Origin: Nitrosopumilus sp.
Lineage (GTDB): Archaea; Thermoproteota; Nitrososphaeria; Nitrososphaerales; Nitrosopumilaceae
DNA length: 64,000 nt
Reading direction: 5' to 3'
NCBI GenBank assembly: GCA_965238275.1
Contig: OZ250186.1
Coordinates: forward strand, 992,001-1,056,000
The notes under the pieces were generated by a model. It saw only the letters and a program-made list of their open reading frames with translations, was not told the DNA's origin and made no database searches. Shown piece after piece: positions 1-9,925 of the stretch. Position 1 is the stretch's first letter. Each line of letters opens with the position of its first letter. A program made the position numbers and the translations under genes.

Positions 1-447
1 CTCTTTGGTATCCTCGTCAAGCCTCCTTAGAACATCCCTTATTGGGTCCGGAAGCATCTCTGTTCTCCCGATTGCCTTGACTCTCATCCTGCATCTGTGA
101 ATCCTCGGATCTGCAAGAAGCTTCTCCAGCCTCATCTGAATCAGCTTGTAGATGTACACCAGTTCGTCATCCTTCCTTCTAAGATTCTCTGCAGACAGTG
201 CATACAGCGTCACAATCCCGATGTCAAGCTCCTCGCACCAATCCAGAAGATTCTCCACTGCATCGGCTCCCTTCCCGTGTCCGCTTTGAGGCATCACCAG
301 ATGTCTTTGGGCCCACCGCCTGTTCCCGTCAAGAATCAACGCCACATGGTTTGGTATGTCCCCGTTTCGAATCTCCCTTTCCAGTCTTCTCTCATAGATC
401 TTGTAAAGACCCGAGAACCGGAACACGCCGTCCTTTATCTTGCTAAT
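1..447 (-). CDS. uppS: Polyprenyl/undecaprenyl diphosphate synthase (cis-prenyltransferase); 3' part runs off the window
   Basis: Manual translation of the minus strand gives GDIPNHVALILDGNRRWA...GHGKGADAVENLLDWC...TLYALSAENL. Start is uncertain (ATT at 447 or GTG at 426). Confidence 0.9.
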   Translation of the reverse strand, partial: MSKIKDGVFRFSGLYKIYERRLEREIRNGDIPNHVALILDGNRRWAQRHLVMPQSGHGKGADAVENLLDWCEELDIGIVTLYALSAENLRRKDDELVYIYKLIQMRLEKLLADPRIHRCRMRVKAIGRTEMLPDPIRDVLRRLDEDTKE

Positions 448-661
448 ACCTGTCCACCTTCAGTATCATACCATCGTTGAAAATATCAGTGTTTTTAGGG
501 GAAATGCAACAGCAGCCTAGCCAGACCGAACTTTGCCGTATGTGCTTTGCGTGGATAACGCTACTTTTGGCCAACCGGCTGTTCTGGCGGTACCTGTAGT
601 TGTCTTGGTTCTTTCACTAATCGCAACCAATTCCTGTCAGATTGCCTGGGTCGCCGTTTGA

Positions 662-689
662 AGTAGCAGTAGCAGTAGCAGCAGCAGCA
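662..689. repeat. Intergenic microsatellite (AGTAGC)n(AGC)n
   Basis: agtagcagtagcagtagcagcagcagca seen directly. Confidence 0.85.
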
Positions 690-718
690 TCTGATGCGGC
701 TTTTGGATATGCGGCATC

Positions 719-1861
719 TCAGTCTGAGACCATCTGCTGATCCTTGCGCTTTCTGTACTTTTTGAACAGGATCGTAGCTGAGACCAGCGTGACTGCCAAG
801 CCGCCGAGTATGGGCGGAATCAGGGTAAAGGAGTTCTCGTCATGAATCATTATGTTGGTGAACTGATGTATTGTCGGATACAGCGATGCCAGTACCACGA
901 TTCTCAGGATATCCGTAATCTGTCTTGGAATTCCTCCGATCCAGTTGCTTAGCAGCGTTCCGACAAGAATGGATCCCATCCCGATCCACAGGATCGGCAG
1001 CGATCCGAATATGAACTGTCCAATGATTACCTTGTTTGTAATGATGCTGATGATCTCTGCTGATTCGTACAGACTGAAATCCACCGAATCGATTCCGGAC
1101 GGGATAGATCCCAAAAGCAGCAGGATTCCTGCCAGCATTGTAGAGATCCTGATGAATCCCATCGGAGTGGGTTTGGCCCAGCTTGTCCACCTCTTGTCTA
1201 CGTCAAACGCCCTGATCAAAAACGCCCCTCCCAAGATGCTTACCAGCACTGCGAATATCTCTGCTGTGTAGTTAAAGACGGTGGCGACTCCGCCAATCAA
1301 CAAAAGAATTCCGGGAACCCCCAGAAAGAATTTGGAGTATCTAGAGTCGTATGCGATCATCTTCAGATACCTTCCAAATACTGCATACGAGTACTCGACA
1401 CTCCTGCTTACCTTCATTACGACACGCTGGACTGACACTACCGGCAGAACGTTCTGGATGACGGGAATGACTGCCTCGTCATCCTCCCCATCAGATACTA
1501 TGACTGCCCCGTCTGCCGAGAATCTTTCAATTACCTGCCTTGTCTCGGCAAGAATCTTCTGATCTGCCTGAACCCCCCTGTTCTTGACTCCTGCAATGGT
1601 GACCACCTCCACCTTGTAGTTCTTGCTGACTAGATCCTCGTATGTCTTGATTGCCGCGAAGATGGAGTTTGAATCCGCATCCTCGGGATCCTCCAATGCC
1701 AGTCTCTGCGCAGCCTCGATGCATGCATTCCTGCCTACCACCGGGGTCGTGATCCCTGCCTTCTCGCCTACGTCGTTGTCCCTGTCAACGCAGATTACAA
1801 GCAGCCTGCTGGATGCAGACGCACTTACATCTTTTTCGATTTTTTTGGAACGTTGGGACAC
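719..1861 (-). CDS. DUF373-family archaeal membrane protein
   Basis: LVICVDRDNDVG...DPEDADSN...VSDGEDDE motifs followed by several TM helices; GTG at 1861 is the likely start. Confidence 0.85.
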   Translation of the reverse strand: MSQRSKKIEKDVSASASSRLLVICVDRDNDVGEKAGITTPVVGRNACIEAAQRLALEDPEDADSNSIFAAIKTYEDLVSKNYKVEVVTIAGVKNRGVQADQKILAETRQVIERFSADGAVIVSDGEDDEAVIPVIQNVLPVVSVQRVVMKVSRSVEYSYAVFGRYLKMIAYDSRYSKFFLGVPGILLLIGGVATVFNYTAEIFAVLVSILGGAFLIRAFDVDKRWTSWAKPTPMGFIRISTMLAGILLLLGSIPSGIDSVDFSLYESAEIISIITNKVIIGQFIFGSLPILWIGMGSILVGTLLSNWIGGIPRQITDILRIVVLASLYPTIHQFTNIMIHDENSFTLIPPILGGLAVTLVSATILFKKYRKRKDQQMVSD

Positions 1862-1935
1862 GATCTTATTATACAATATTTCCTTTTTAACTTTAGTAAT
1901 TTCTGGTACCTGCATGTGCCAGATGGGGCCTCAAC

Positions 1936-2433
1936 CTACGGCCTGACATTGTCCGATGCCCTTACCTGTTCTTGGGACTCTGCCCTTAGTGATTCTATCC
2001 TTTGCATGGTCTGTGTAATCTGCTCTTCTGACTCTTCGTTTTCAATCATGCCGGCAAGAACCCTGGTCTCTGCAATGTATGTGTTGAACGTCTTCATTGC
2101 CTCCATGTACTCTATGTAGCTTGCCTGCCATTCCTCCGGCGGCTTTGATGTGACAAACTCGCTTATCTGGGATGTTACCTGTGATGACGTGGTCTCTGTT
2201 ATTGCAACATACTCCTCGGGTGTGATGCTGCCGCTGAGAAGATTCTGGTACTCGATACTGATTGACTCCTGCAGCACCTCGTGAATGCCCTGTACCCCGT
2301 CGAGATGCTGTCTGTAGTCTGATATGACAAACGTTGAATCGTTGCCCTGCGGCACCAACCATATAAGAAAACTTACCGCCGTCACAGCAGCCAGAATGAT
2401 CCCTGTTGCGATCACTCCCTTTTTTGAGGCCAT
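1936..2433 (-). CDS. Hypothetical membrane-anchored protein
   Basis: 165-aa ORF, N-terminal TM segment, helical acidic body. Confidence 0.7.
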   Translation of the reverse strand: MASKKGVIATGIILAAVTAVSFLIWLVPQGNDSTFVISDYRQHLDGVQGIHEVLQESISIEYQNLLSGSITPEEYVAITETTSSQVTSQISEFVTSKPPEEWQASYIEYMEAMKTFNTYIAETRVLAGMIENEESEEQITQTMQRIESLRAESQEQVRASDNVRP

Positions 2434-2711
2434 TTTGTGTTTTATGATCCTGATGCTTATAACTCATATCTGTCACTCACGACATCCTGTAGTCTCCGTC
2501 TCGTGAAGAGTCTGCGCAGTCCGGATGCAGGCACCCTCCCTTACACGTCAAGCATGCATCCGGCCGGATCGTCCCAAAAGCAGGTTCCTGAAACCCGTAT
2601 CATCTCTGAATTCAGGCATTCTGATGGCAGAAGTAATTAGCATATCTCAACCCTATAGTCAAATAGCTTTCACATACTCTTCCTAAATAACCCCTCACAA
2701 TCAGTTTGGGA

Positions 2712-2855
2712 ATGGCTGAAGCATACTGTGTAAAATGTCGAGCAAAACGGGAGATAAAAAACCCTGAAACAACAACGCTCAAGAACGGACGCCCCGCCGT
2801 AAGGGGGACATGTCCCACATGCGGAACAAAAGTTTTCCGGATAGGAAAAGCCTAG
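2712..2855 (+). CDS. Small zinc-ribbon protein (DUF5679-like), below the ORF-track cutoff
   Basis: MAEAYCVKCRAKREIKNPETTTLKNGRPAVRGTCPTCGTKVFRIGKA*; two CxxC pairs; T-rich tract downstream. Confidence 0.85.
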   Translation: MAEAYCVKCRAKREIKNPETTTLKNGRPAVRGTCPTCGTKVFRIGKA

Positions 2856-2914
2856 TGGGCACCACCACCTTTATTTTTCAAAACCAATATAGTGCTCCTC
2901 TGTCAATCCATGTC

Positions 2915-3337
2915 ATGAATGAGGAGCAATACACGAATCTGCTGGGACGCATCCAGGGCAGTTTGGGAGACACTGACAAGAATGCCTCTGCAAGGTTCGA
3001 ACTTCCGGTAGTGGATGTGCTGTGGGAGGGGCAAAAGACGTTTCTGCGAAATTTTTCGGACTTTCCCAAGGTTCTGCGCAGGAACCCGGACAAGGTTCTT
3101 CAGTACCTCTCAAAGGAGTTTGCAGTTCCCGCAGAGAAGCTCGGGGACAAGGCAATGTTTATTGGCCGACGTGCCCCTGACGACTTTACAAGGCTGTTTC
3201 AGATTTATGTAAAGGACTATCTGGAATGCCATACCTGCAAGAGTCCGGATACAAAGATCCACAAGGAGAACCGAATATCGTTTCTGATCTGTGAGGCGTG
3301 TGGGGCAAAATCCACATTGAAAGGCAAGTATGCATGA
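2915..3337 (+). CDS. eif2b: Translation initiation factor aIF2 beta subunit
   Basis: RFELP...NF..F.KVLRR.P...LSKE and C-terminal CHTCKSPDT...CEACGA zinc ribbon. Confidence 0.93.
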   Translation: MNEEQYTNLLGRIQGSLGDTDKNASARFELPVVDVLWEGQKTFLRNFSDFPKVLRRNPDKVLQYLSKEFAVPAEKLGDKAMFIGRRAPDDFTRLFQIYVKDYLECHTCKSPDTKIHKENRISFLICEACGAKSTLKGKYA

Positions 3338-3630
3338 TGCAATTTTCAGTAAAAATGACTGACTATCAGCACAATCTGATGCTCAACATATGCGATGCCG
3401 ATATCCTGGAACGACGCCTGACAGATGGCGATCTTCGTATGCATATCAGCAAGGGCTGCTATGGTGAGAATCTGGTAGGATGGAAGGAGGCAGAGGATCT
3501 GCTGGAAAAGTCCTCCATAATTAACATGGCAGGAGAAAAGATAGTCCGTCTGTCAATAGAGATCGGCGTGGGCTCTGAGGCAGGAATAAGGACCATATCT
3601 GACGTTCCGTTTCTAATAGCCTTCAAGTAG
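3334..3630 (+). CDS. DUF424-family protein
   Basis: LNICDADIL...Y.E...AEDLL..SSIINMAGEKIV...VP pattern; overlaps the aIF2-beta stop. Confidence 0.85.
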   Translation: MMQFSVKMTDYQHNLMLNICDADILERRLTDGDLRMHISKGCYGENLVGWKEAEDLLEKSSIINMAGEKIVRLSIEIGVGSEAGIRTISDVPFLIAFK

Positions 3631-3804
3631 TCCCGGCTCCTCCATGGATTCGACAAAAGGAGGCCATGCGTGATATCCGGCATTCAAGATTCCTGCAATC
3701 CTGCCGGTAGGCGTGTGCCTGACGCAGAATGGAGAACATTCAAACCACGGTTATCCATGCCGCTCAAAGGAAATCCATTTACCCTGAGACGTGCAAATTC
3801 TTTC

Positions 3805-4584
3805 ATGTCTGATGAGGTTGGCCGAAAGCTCGGATCCAAGATAGACCGGAAGCTTATCCGGAAGTCCCGACGTGGGGGTCTCAAGGATGGCTTCAAGAAG
3901 GGAAAGGTCGTCAACGAGGTGCTGGACAAGCCTACTGTCATGATGCTATACAAGATGATCTCAGATCATGTCATAGCATACGTCAACGGCGCAGTCAGTG
4001 CAGGCAAGGAGTCAGTACTGTTCTGGGGGGTTGATGAGGACGGCGTCAGCATCGCACTTAAAATCTATCTGGTAAGCACATCAAATTTCAAAAAGCGCGA
4101 GATCTACATTGCGGGGGATCCCAGATTCTCACACATGAAAAGAGGTACCAGAAATTTGGTTTATCTGTGGGCAAGAAAAGAATTTCGCAACCTGTCCCAG
4201 TGTTACAATGCCGGCCTTGATGTTCCAAGACCGCTGTACGTGGCAAACAACATACTTGCCATGGAGTTTGTAGGCAGAGACGGCCGGCCTGCAGCATCCC
4301 TGCTTGAATCCGATGTGGATCGCGACGACTATGATCAGGCAGTATCGATCATTCGTGACATGTACTGCAAGGCGCATCTGGTACACGGCGACTATTCAGA
4401 GTATAACATATTCAAGACACATGATGGCCTGGTACCGTTTGACATGGGCTCTGCAGTAGACCTGAGACACCCAAACTCCATGGAGTTTCTTAAAAGAGAT
4501 ATTAACAACATTACACGGTTCTTCAGTAAAAGGGGAGTCCCTGTTGAAGATCCAGCAAAAATACTTGGGGATGTTACAAGATGA
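3805..4584 (+). CDS. rio1: RIO1-family serine protein kinase
   Basis: SAGKESVLF, IALKIY, WARKEFRNL, LVHGDYSEYNI and FDMGSAV motifs. Confidence 0.93.
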   Translation: MSDEVGRKLGSKIDRKLIRKSRRGGLKDGFKKGKVVNEVLDKPTVMMLYKMISDHVIAYVNGAVSAGKESVLFWGVDEDGVSIALKIYLVSTSNFKKREIYIAGDPRFSHMKRGTRNLVYLWARKEFRNLSQCYNAGLDVPRPLYVANNILAMEFVGRDGRPAASLLESDVDRDDYDQAVSIIRDMYCKAHLVHGDYSEYNIFKTHDGLVPFDMGSAVDLRHPNSMEFLKRDINNITRFFSKRGVPVEDPAKILGDVTR

Positions 4585-5153
4585 TCTTTGAAAAACTCGT
4601 TCGTATTCCAGACGACAGAATCGCAGTCCTGATTGGAAAGTCGGGATCCGTAAAATCCCGAATAGAAACATCCTGTCATGTCGTGCTGGAGATTGACGGC
4701 AATACAGGCGAGATTCTTGTAAAATCCGACGACGACGTGGCAAAGATCAGGCCGTTCAAGGCCGTGGAGATAGTCATGGCCATCGGAAGGGGGTTTTCAC
4801 CCCAGACTGCCATGACCCTGTTGAAGGGCCAGAACACGCTGCATATTATCGATCTCAAGGAGTTTGCCGGCAGGTCCAAGACCGGCATTGAAAGGATTAA
4901 AGGTAGACTTATTGGAGAAGGCGGTAGGGCTAGACGAAACATGGAAAATCTAAGTGGTACCAGCATCTCAGTTTACGGTAAAACCGTCTCCATCATTGGC
5001 AGTGTGGACAGACTGCGGCTGGCAGTTGATGCAGTCTCATCGATCTCAAAGGGTAGTGTGCATGGAGCCGTGTATGGCAGACTGGAGGCTGCAAACAGGC
5101 AAACCAGGCAGGAACGGATGATACTGTGGGAAGATCAAAATGTCCTTGATTAA
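4581..5153 (+). CDS. KH-domain pre-rRNA processing protein (Dim2/Pno1-like)
   Basis: RIAVLIGKSG, AIGRGFSP and RIKGRLIGEGG KH motifs; typical RIO1 neighbour. Confidence 0.9.
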   Translation: MIFEKLVRIPDDRIAVLIGKSGSVKSRIETSCHVVLEIDGNTGEILVKSDDDVAKIRPFKAVEIVMAIGRGFSPQTAMTLLKGQNTLHIIDLKEFAGRSKTGIERIKGRLIGEGGRARRNMENLSGTSISVYGKTVSIIGSVDRLRLAVDAVSSISKGSVHGAVYGRLEAANRQTRQERMILWEDQNVLD

Positions 5154-6999
5154 GGAACAGTTCAACCAGATATCCCCCAGCGAGTTCTTTTACAGCAACC
5201 GGGATCTGGCAGGATTCAGTAACCCCACGCGCTCGCTTTATACGGCTGTACGGGAGTTTGTCGAGAACTCGCTTGATGCGTGTGATCAGAAGAGAATCCT
5301 TCCCACCGTCTATCTTACAATCAAGCCAGTTGATCCTGACAAGCACGATCCGCGTCACTACATCCTTACCGTTCGTGACAACGGTCCGGGCATTGATCCA
5401 AAGCACATCCCACTTGCATTTGGAACCGTCCTGTATGGCTCCAAGTTTGGCCTCAAGCAGGCGCGGGGCATGTTCGGACTTGGCGCAACCATGGCAATAC
5501 TGTACGGCCAGATTACCACCAACAGGCCTGTAACAGTAAAAAGCTCCACTGATGGAAAGACCCAGCACGTATTTGAGATACTGCTGGACATTCAGAAGAA
5601 CAAGCCTGTGATAGTCAAGCATGAAACTGTAAAGACTTCGACTAGGGGACTTTCTGTGAGTATCTGTCTGGAGGGAGATTACTCCAAGGCCGGAATCAAG
5701 ATTCGCGACTACGTCTACGAGACATCCCTCATTACACCGTATGCCACCATCACATTTGATGATCCCAAGGGACAGACATTCCGCAACCCCCGGTTTGTAA
5801 AAGACATTCCCCCTGCCCCTACCATAATCCAACCACATCCGCACGGAATTGATGTAGAACGGATAAGAAGAATGATAACCGAATCCAGATTCGAGATTCC
5901 TACCATTACTGATGCAATGATTTACAAGATTCGAAAGGATCTGAACCTTTCCAAGGGCAACTTCAAGTATGCTGCAATCATGGGACGGGCAAAAAAGAGA
6001 TGGAAGGGCCTGTCGCGCCAGGTACGGGTCTCGCTTGCCATAATGTCGTTTCTAAAGATGGATTTTGAAAAATTAAGCAAGATCAAGATCGAAGAAATTG
6101 ATGTTCCCAACAAAAAGATATCCTATTGGGACTTTGGAGTCTCCCAGTCCAAGTCAGTCAGCATGAATCCTGCAAGCCAGTATTACAGACAGCTAACAAA
6201 CACTGTTCAGGGGGAGCCGCTTGACACGTTTCTAACCAAGAGGTTCCAACGCGTAGGCCCTACCACTGCAGCAAAGTTTGCCGGGTTTGCCGGCTTCAAG
6301 CCTGAGAAAAGAATGGGAACCATGACCAATCAGGAACTGGTAATGCTAAGCGACTCTCTTCAAAAATTTGACGGTTTTCTTACACCGGATTCAAGCTGCC
6401 TTGCGCCACTTGGAACAAAATCCCTTGAGAAGGGAATCAACAAGTTCTTCAACCCACAATTCACTGCCGTAATACAGCGTCCGGCCTCTGCCTACTCTGG
6501 ATTTCCGTTTATAATTGAGATGGGCATCGCCTACGGAGGAGACATCAAGACCGGCGGACCACATGTCTACCGATACGCAAATCGAATTCCATTGCTCTAT
6601 GACGAGGGAAGCGACGTGGTTCTCAAGGTAATAAACGAGATCGACTGGGGAAGATACAAGGTCAAAGGCGAGCCGCCGTTTGTCATCATATCCCACATAT
6701 GCTCCACTAGAATTCCGTACAAGACGGCCGGAAAGGAGAACGTTGCAGACCGGCAGGAGATCGAACGAGAGATCAGGCTGGCAATACAGTATCTGTCAAG
6801 AAAGCTTGCCTCATACATGTCAAAGAGAGGGCAGGCAGACGCGGCCAAGAAACGGGCCAACCTGTATGCAAAGTACATCCCACTCATCTCCCAGTTTTGT
6901 ACGGAGCTTGCAGGCAAGGAGCAGGAACCAAAATACGGGAGCATGTTGGAAGTCCAGGGTCCGGTGGTACCTGACAGGATTGCAGAGGGGAAAGAATGA
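5140..6999 (+). CDS. top6B: DNA topoisomerase VI subunit B
   Basis: GHKL motifs EFVENSLDA, DNGPGI, LYGSKF, RGMFGLG; YANRIPLLYD transducer region. Confidence 0.96.
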   Translation: MSLIKEQFNQISPSEFFYSNRDLAGFSNPTRSLYTAVREFVENSLDACDQKRILPTVYLTIKPVDPDKHDPRHYILTVRDNGPGIDPKHIPLAFGTVLYGSKFGLKQARGMFGLGATMAILYGQITTNRPVTVKSSTDGKTQHVFEILLDIQKNKPVIVKHETVKTSTRGLSVSICLEGDYSKAGIKIRDYVYETSLITPYATITFDDPKGQTFRNPRFVKDIPPAPTIIQPHPHGIDVERIRRMITESRFEIPTITDAMIYKIRKDLNLSKGNFKYAAIMGRAKKRWKGLSRQVRVSLAIMSFLKMDFEKLSKIKIEEIDVPNKKISYWDFGVSQSKSVSMNPASQYYRQLTNTVQGEPLDTFLTKRFQRVGPTTAAKFAGFAGFKPEKRMGTMTNQELVMLSDSLQKFDGFLTPDSSCLAPLGTKSLEKGINKFFNPQFTAVIQRPASAYSGFPFIIEMGIAYGGDIKTGGPHVYRYANRIPLLYDEGSDVVLKVINEIDWGRYKVKGEPPFVIISHICSTRIPYKTAGKENVADRQEIEREIRLAIQYLSRKLASYMSKRGQADAAKKRANLYAKYIPLISQFCTELAGKEQEPKYGSMLEVQGPVVPDRIAEGKE

Positions 7000-8597
7000 T
7001 GGCAGGCAAGAAGGCATATACTAATAGTAAAAAGGCCACCCCCACCAAGATAGGCGCCACCAAAAAGAAATCCGCCACCAAAAAGAAATCCGCCACCAAA
7101 AAGAAATCCGCCACCAAAAAGGCACCTACAACCAAGCAGACCACCCTCATCAAGAGGAAATCCCCCGGCGGCATCAAAAAGGCCACCCCCACCAAGACAG
7201 GCGCCACCAAAAAGAAATCCGCCACCAAAAAGGCACCTACAACCAAGCAGACCACCCTCACCAGAAAGAAACCCGTCGACGCCAAGAAGGCTACTCAGAT
7301 CAAGAAGACCGGCGCCACCAAAAAGAAGACAGCCGCCACCAAAAAACCCGCTTCCGCTACGAGGACTACTCCAGCCAAGAAGACAGCCGCCACCAAAAAG
7401 AAGACAGCCGCCACCAAAAAACCCGCTTCCGCTACGAGGACTACTCCAGCCAAGAAGACCGGCGCCACCAAAAAGAAGACAGCCGCCACCAAAAAATCCG
7501 CCTCCATTAGGAAGGCCGCCACCAATGCTATGATGAAACAAAAGAACGTGCTTGATGCCCTCAGGATTCATGGCACAAAGATATACGATGATTTGAACTC
7601 TGGAAAATTTCCGCAGTTTTCGATACCTAGCAGATCAGTCAATAACATCGTCTATGACAAAAAGCATAGACAGTATATCCTGGGAAACAATTCGGCATTG
7701 AGAAGTGCAAAGAACTCGTCCCAGCTAAGATCCTTTACACAGCTTATGTGGCTTGCATTCTTTGCCAACAGGCTGACCCATGAGAAAAAGTCCTCGACTC
7801 TGAGGGACGTCTACTATTCGTCGCAGGCCTTTGCAATTGATTTTGACAGCCAGTCAGAATCCGACAACATTATAGTGGATCTAGAGGCGGTAACTGCAAA
7901 ACCGCGGGAAGATTTTCACATATTCCCAGAAGAGAGGAGCTCCATATTTGGCGACTTGGACATCGAGTACACGGTTCCTGGTTATGAGGGAAATTCTATG
8001 AACCTGTCCAACCATCCAGACGGGTATGCCATAGGGCCCAGTCTGACTACTGCCGAACTGGTAGGTACGAGTGCCGAGATTGTTATTGCAATCGAGAAAG
8101 GCGGACTCTTTACAAGATTCGTTGAAGAGCAGGTAGACAAAAAATTCAAGTCCATAATCATAAACACCGGAGGACAGGCACCCCGTTCCACCAGGACCCT
8201 TCTCAAGAGGCTCCATGATGAGCTGGGGCTGCCTATCATCATCCTTACTGACGGTGATGTGTACGGGGAGCATATTGCCATGGTTATAAAATCCGGATCT
8301 GCCAACGCGGCCCACCTCAGGGAACTGACCGTCCCTGATGCAAAGTGGGTCGGTGTGTGGGCAACTGACATTGAAAAATACAAACTGCCTACAATTCCGA
8401 TGACAGAGTCTGACATCAAGAGATGCTACGATCTGAAGAAGGATCCCAGATATGCCGACGGAATATGGAAAAAGGAACTGGAAGTATTCCTGAGGCTTAA
8501 AAGAAAGGCAGAGCTGGAGGCCTTTTCAAAATACGGTCTTACAAACATAACTGACAAGTACCTGCCGCACAAGCTGGAACTGGCAAAGAGCCTCTGA
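6996..8597 (+). CDS. top6A: DNA topoisomerase VI subunit A with long Lys/Ala/Thr-rich N-terminal extension
   Basis: TLRDVYY catalytic Tyr region, AIEKGG and LTDGDVYG TOPRIM motifs, KAELEA; about 175 aa of low-complexity N-terminus. Confidence 0.95.
   Translation: MMAGKKAYTNSKKATPTKIGATKKKSATKKKSATKKKSATKKAPTTKQTTLIKRKSPGGIKKATPTKTGATKKKSATKKAPTTKQTTLTRKKPVDAKKATQIKKTGATKKKTAATKKPASATRTTPAKKTAATKKKTAATKKPASATRTTPAKKTGATKKKTAATKKSASIRKAATNAMMKQKNVLDALRIHGTKIYDDLNSGKFPQFSIPSRSVNNIVYDKKHRQYILGNNSALRSAKNSSQLRSFTQLMWLAFFANRLTHEKKSSTLRDVYYSSQAFAIDFDSQSESDNIIVDLEAVTAKPREDFHIFPEERSSIFGDLDIEYTVPGYEGNSMNLSNHPDGYAIGPSLTTAELVGTSAEIVIAIEKGGLFTRFVEEQVDKKFKSIIINTGGQAPRSTRTLLKRLHDELGLPIIILTDGDVYGEHIAMVIKSGSANAAHLRELTVPDAKWVGVWATDIEKYKLPTIPMTESDIKRCYDLKKDPRYADGIWKKELEVFLRLKRKAELEAFSKYGLTNITDKYLPHKLELAKSL
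7030..7525 (+). repeat. Coding minisatellite array in top6A (ATKKKS, KKTAATKKPASATRTTPA units)
   Basis: Repeated gccaccaaaaagaaatcc 18-mers and longer duplicated blocks. Confidence 0.9.
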
Positions 8598-9080
8598 CTA
8601 TCTTATTCTCAGCGTCAGGACTCCGTTTCTATACTTGAAGTCCAGTATCTGCATGTTGTCTGCACCGTCCATTGGAACCTCTCTTGTGAATCCTGCAGTC
8701 CCGCGTATATACAGGATACAGTCAATGAGCCTAACTGTGATCTTCTCCTCGGGTCCGGGAACCTCGGCCACAAAGACAAACTCGTTTTCACCCTTTATGA
8801 GATCGTATACCCAGTTTTTTGACTCCTGCTCCCTCACACCGCTGTAAAACGGCTTTTGCTCCTTTGTGATCTTCCTCAGGTATCTGACCCAGTAGAACAT
8901 GGTCAGCGCAGCCACGCCAATCAGGATAAAACTCACAAATCCTGAATCCTGCCTCTGTGACATGACGTAGATTATCCCAAGAAGCACGATGACTACAATC
9001 GGAATGACAAAGTTCAGTGACTGTTCATTTGAGTATGTGCCCTTGTAGCTTGCCAAACAACAAGAATACTGCTCTGCCAA
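8598..9080 (-). CDS. Membrane protein with C-terminal Hsp20/alpha-crystallin-like domain
   Basis: Two TM helices, then VAEVPG and FKYRNGVLTLRI. Confidence 0.75.
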   Translation of the reverse strand: MAEQYSCCLASYKGTYSNEQSLNFVIPIVVIVLLGIIYVMSQRQDSGFVSFILIGVAALTMFYWVRYLRKITKEQKPFYSGVREQESKNWVYDLIKGENEFVFVAEVPGPEEKITVRLIDCILYIRGTAGFTREVPMDGADNMQILDFKYRNGVLTLRIR

Positions 9081-9303
9081 ATATAAAAGACTCTATGCGG
9101 AATCCTGCCTCCCCATTGGAGATGGCATCGCCAATCTGAATTACAGGAGCCTGCGAATGTGAGCCGGGAATCACATGAACCATTCTGGCAGACTGACACT
9201 GCCTGCTCAGGCACAAATCCGCGCATCCATACGAACCCCTGCGCCCTTCTCTGCACGACTGGCGATCTCGTACTTTTTATTACCACTCGGCATAATCCCG
9301 CCG

Positions 9304-9525
9304 TTGGCAGATGGGCCAAAGCTTCCCGTATTCACAAAGAGGGACATAATGTTAAGGGGAACGGTAATCGCCGTACTAATCTCGGTTCCATCGCTCGTAG
9401 CCTTTGTACTGGTCTGGATAATTCTAGGCGATATGATACTTGGGGCCATACTTGGTGCCGTCATCCACTTCATAGCCATGGGGTTCTCCCTGAAGATATC
9501 AAAGAGACTGCTGGTCAGAGGATGA
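9304..9525 (+). CDS. Small hypothetical two-TM membrane protein
   Basis: Hydrophobic ORF at the head of a + strand run; start uncertain. Confidence 0.6.
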   Translation: MADGPKLPVFTKRDIMLRGTVIAVLISVPSLVAFVLVWIILGDMILGAILGAVIHFIAMGFSLKISKRLLVRG

Positions 9526-9546
9526 CACATATTTCCCACGTCCGCC

Positions 9547-9909
9547 TTGGGAATGATGAGCATGTCACAGATCGAGGCAAACCTAGTCTCTGAGATAGGA
9601 CTGAGTCACATACAGGCAAGAGTGTACCTGCTGGTTACGTGCCATGGAAAGATGTCATCTGCAGAGATTTCCCGACGATTGGGAATTCAGCCCGATGATG
9701 CCCGGAAGGCAGCCGAGGATCTGATGGCGCTGGGCGCATTCATCGACATCTCAGATACTGAGTTTGAAGCGATGCATCCCCGATTCACGGCAGTCAACAT
9801 GTTTCGAAAGATGTGCCAGCGGACGGGGACGACCTTTCAGAGGAACCGGACAGTCGACAACATAGGGGCTCTCCTGGAGAAGCCGTATGATGATGCAAGA
9901 ACTAAATAA
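9547..9909 (+). CDS. TrmB-family HTH transcriptional regulator
   Basis: IGLSHIQARVYLLVTCHGKMSSAEISRRLGI winged-HTH pattern. Confidence 0.8.
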   Translation: MGMMSMSQIEANLVSEIGLSHIQARVYLLVTCHGKMSSAEISRRLGIQPDDARKAAEDLMALGAFIDISDTEFEAMHPRFTAVNMFRKMCQRTGTTFQRNRTVDNIGALLEKPYDDARTK

Positions 9910-9925
9910 TGCAGGTGATGGCTTG

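Noticed and set aside
5880-6220. Extra segment in Top6B as a possible intein
   Set aside because: No C/S start, HN-C/S/T end or LAGLIDADG motifs; more likely a lineage-specific domain insertion.
6597-7571. Long antisense ORFs (also 19162-19687, 43698-44843, 56419-57745)
   Set aside because: Shadow frames of low-complexity coding repeats.
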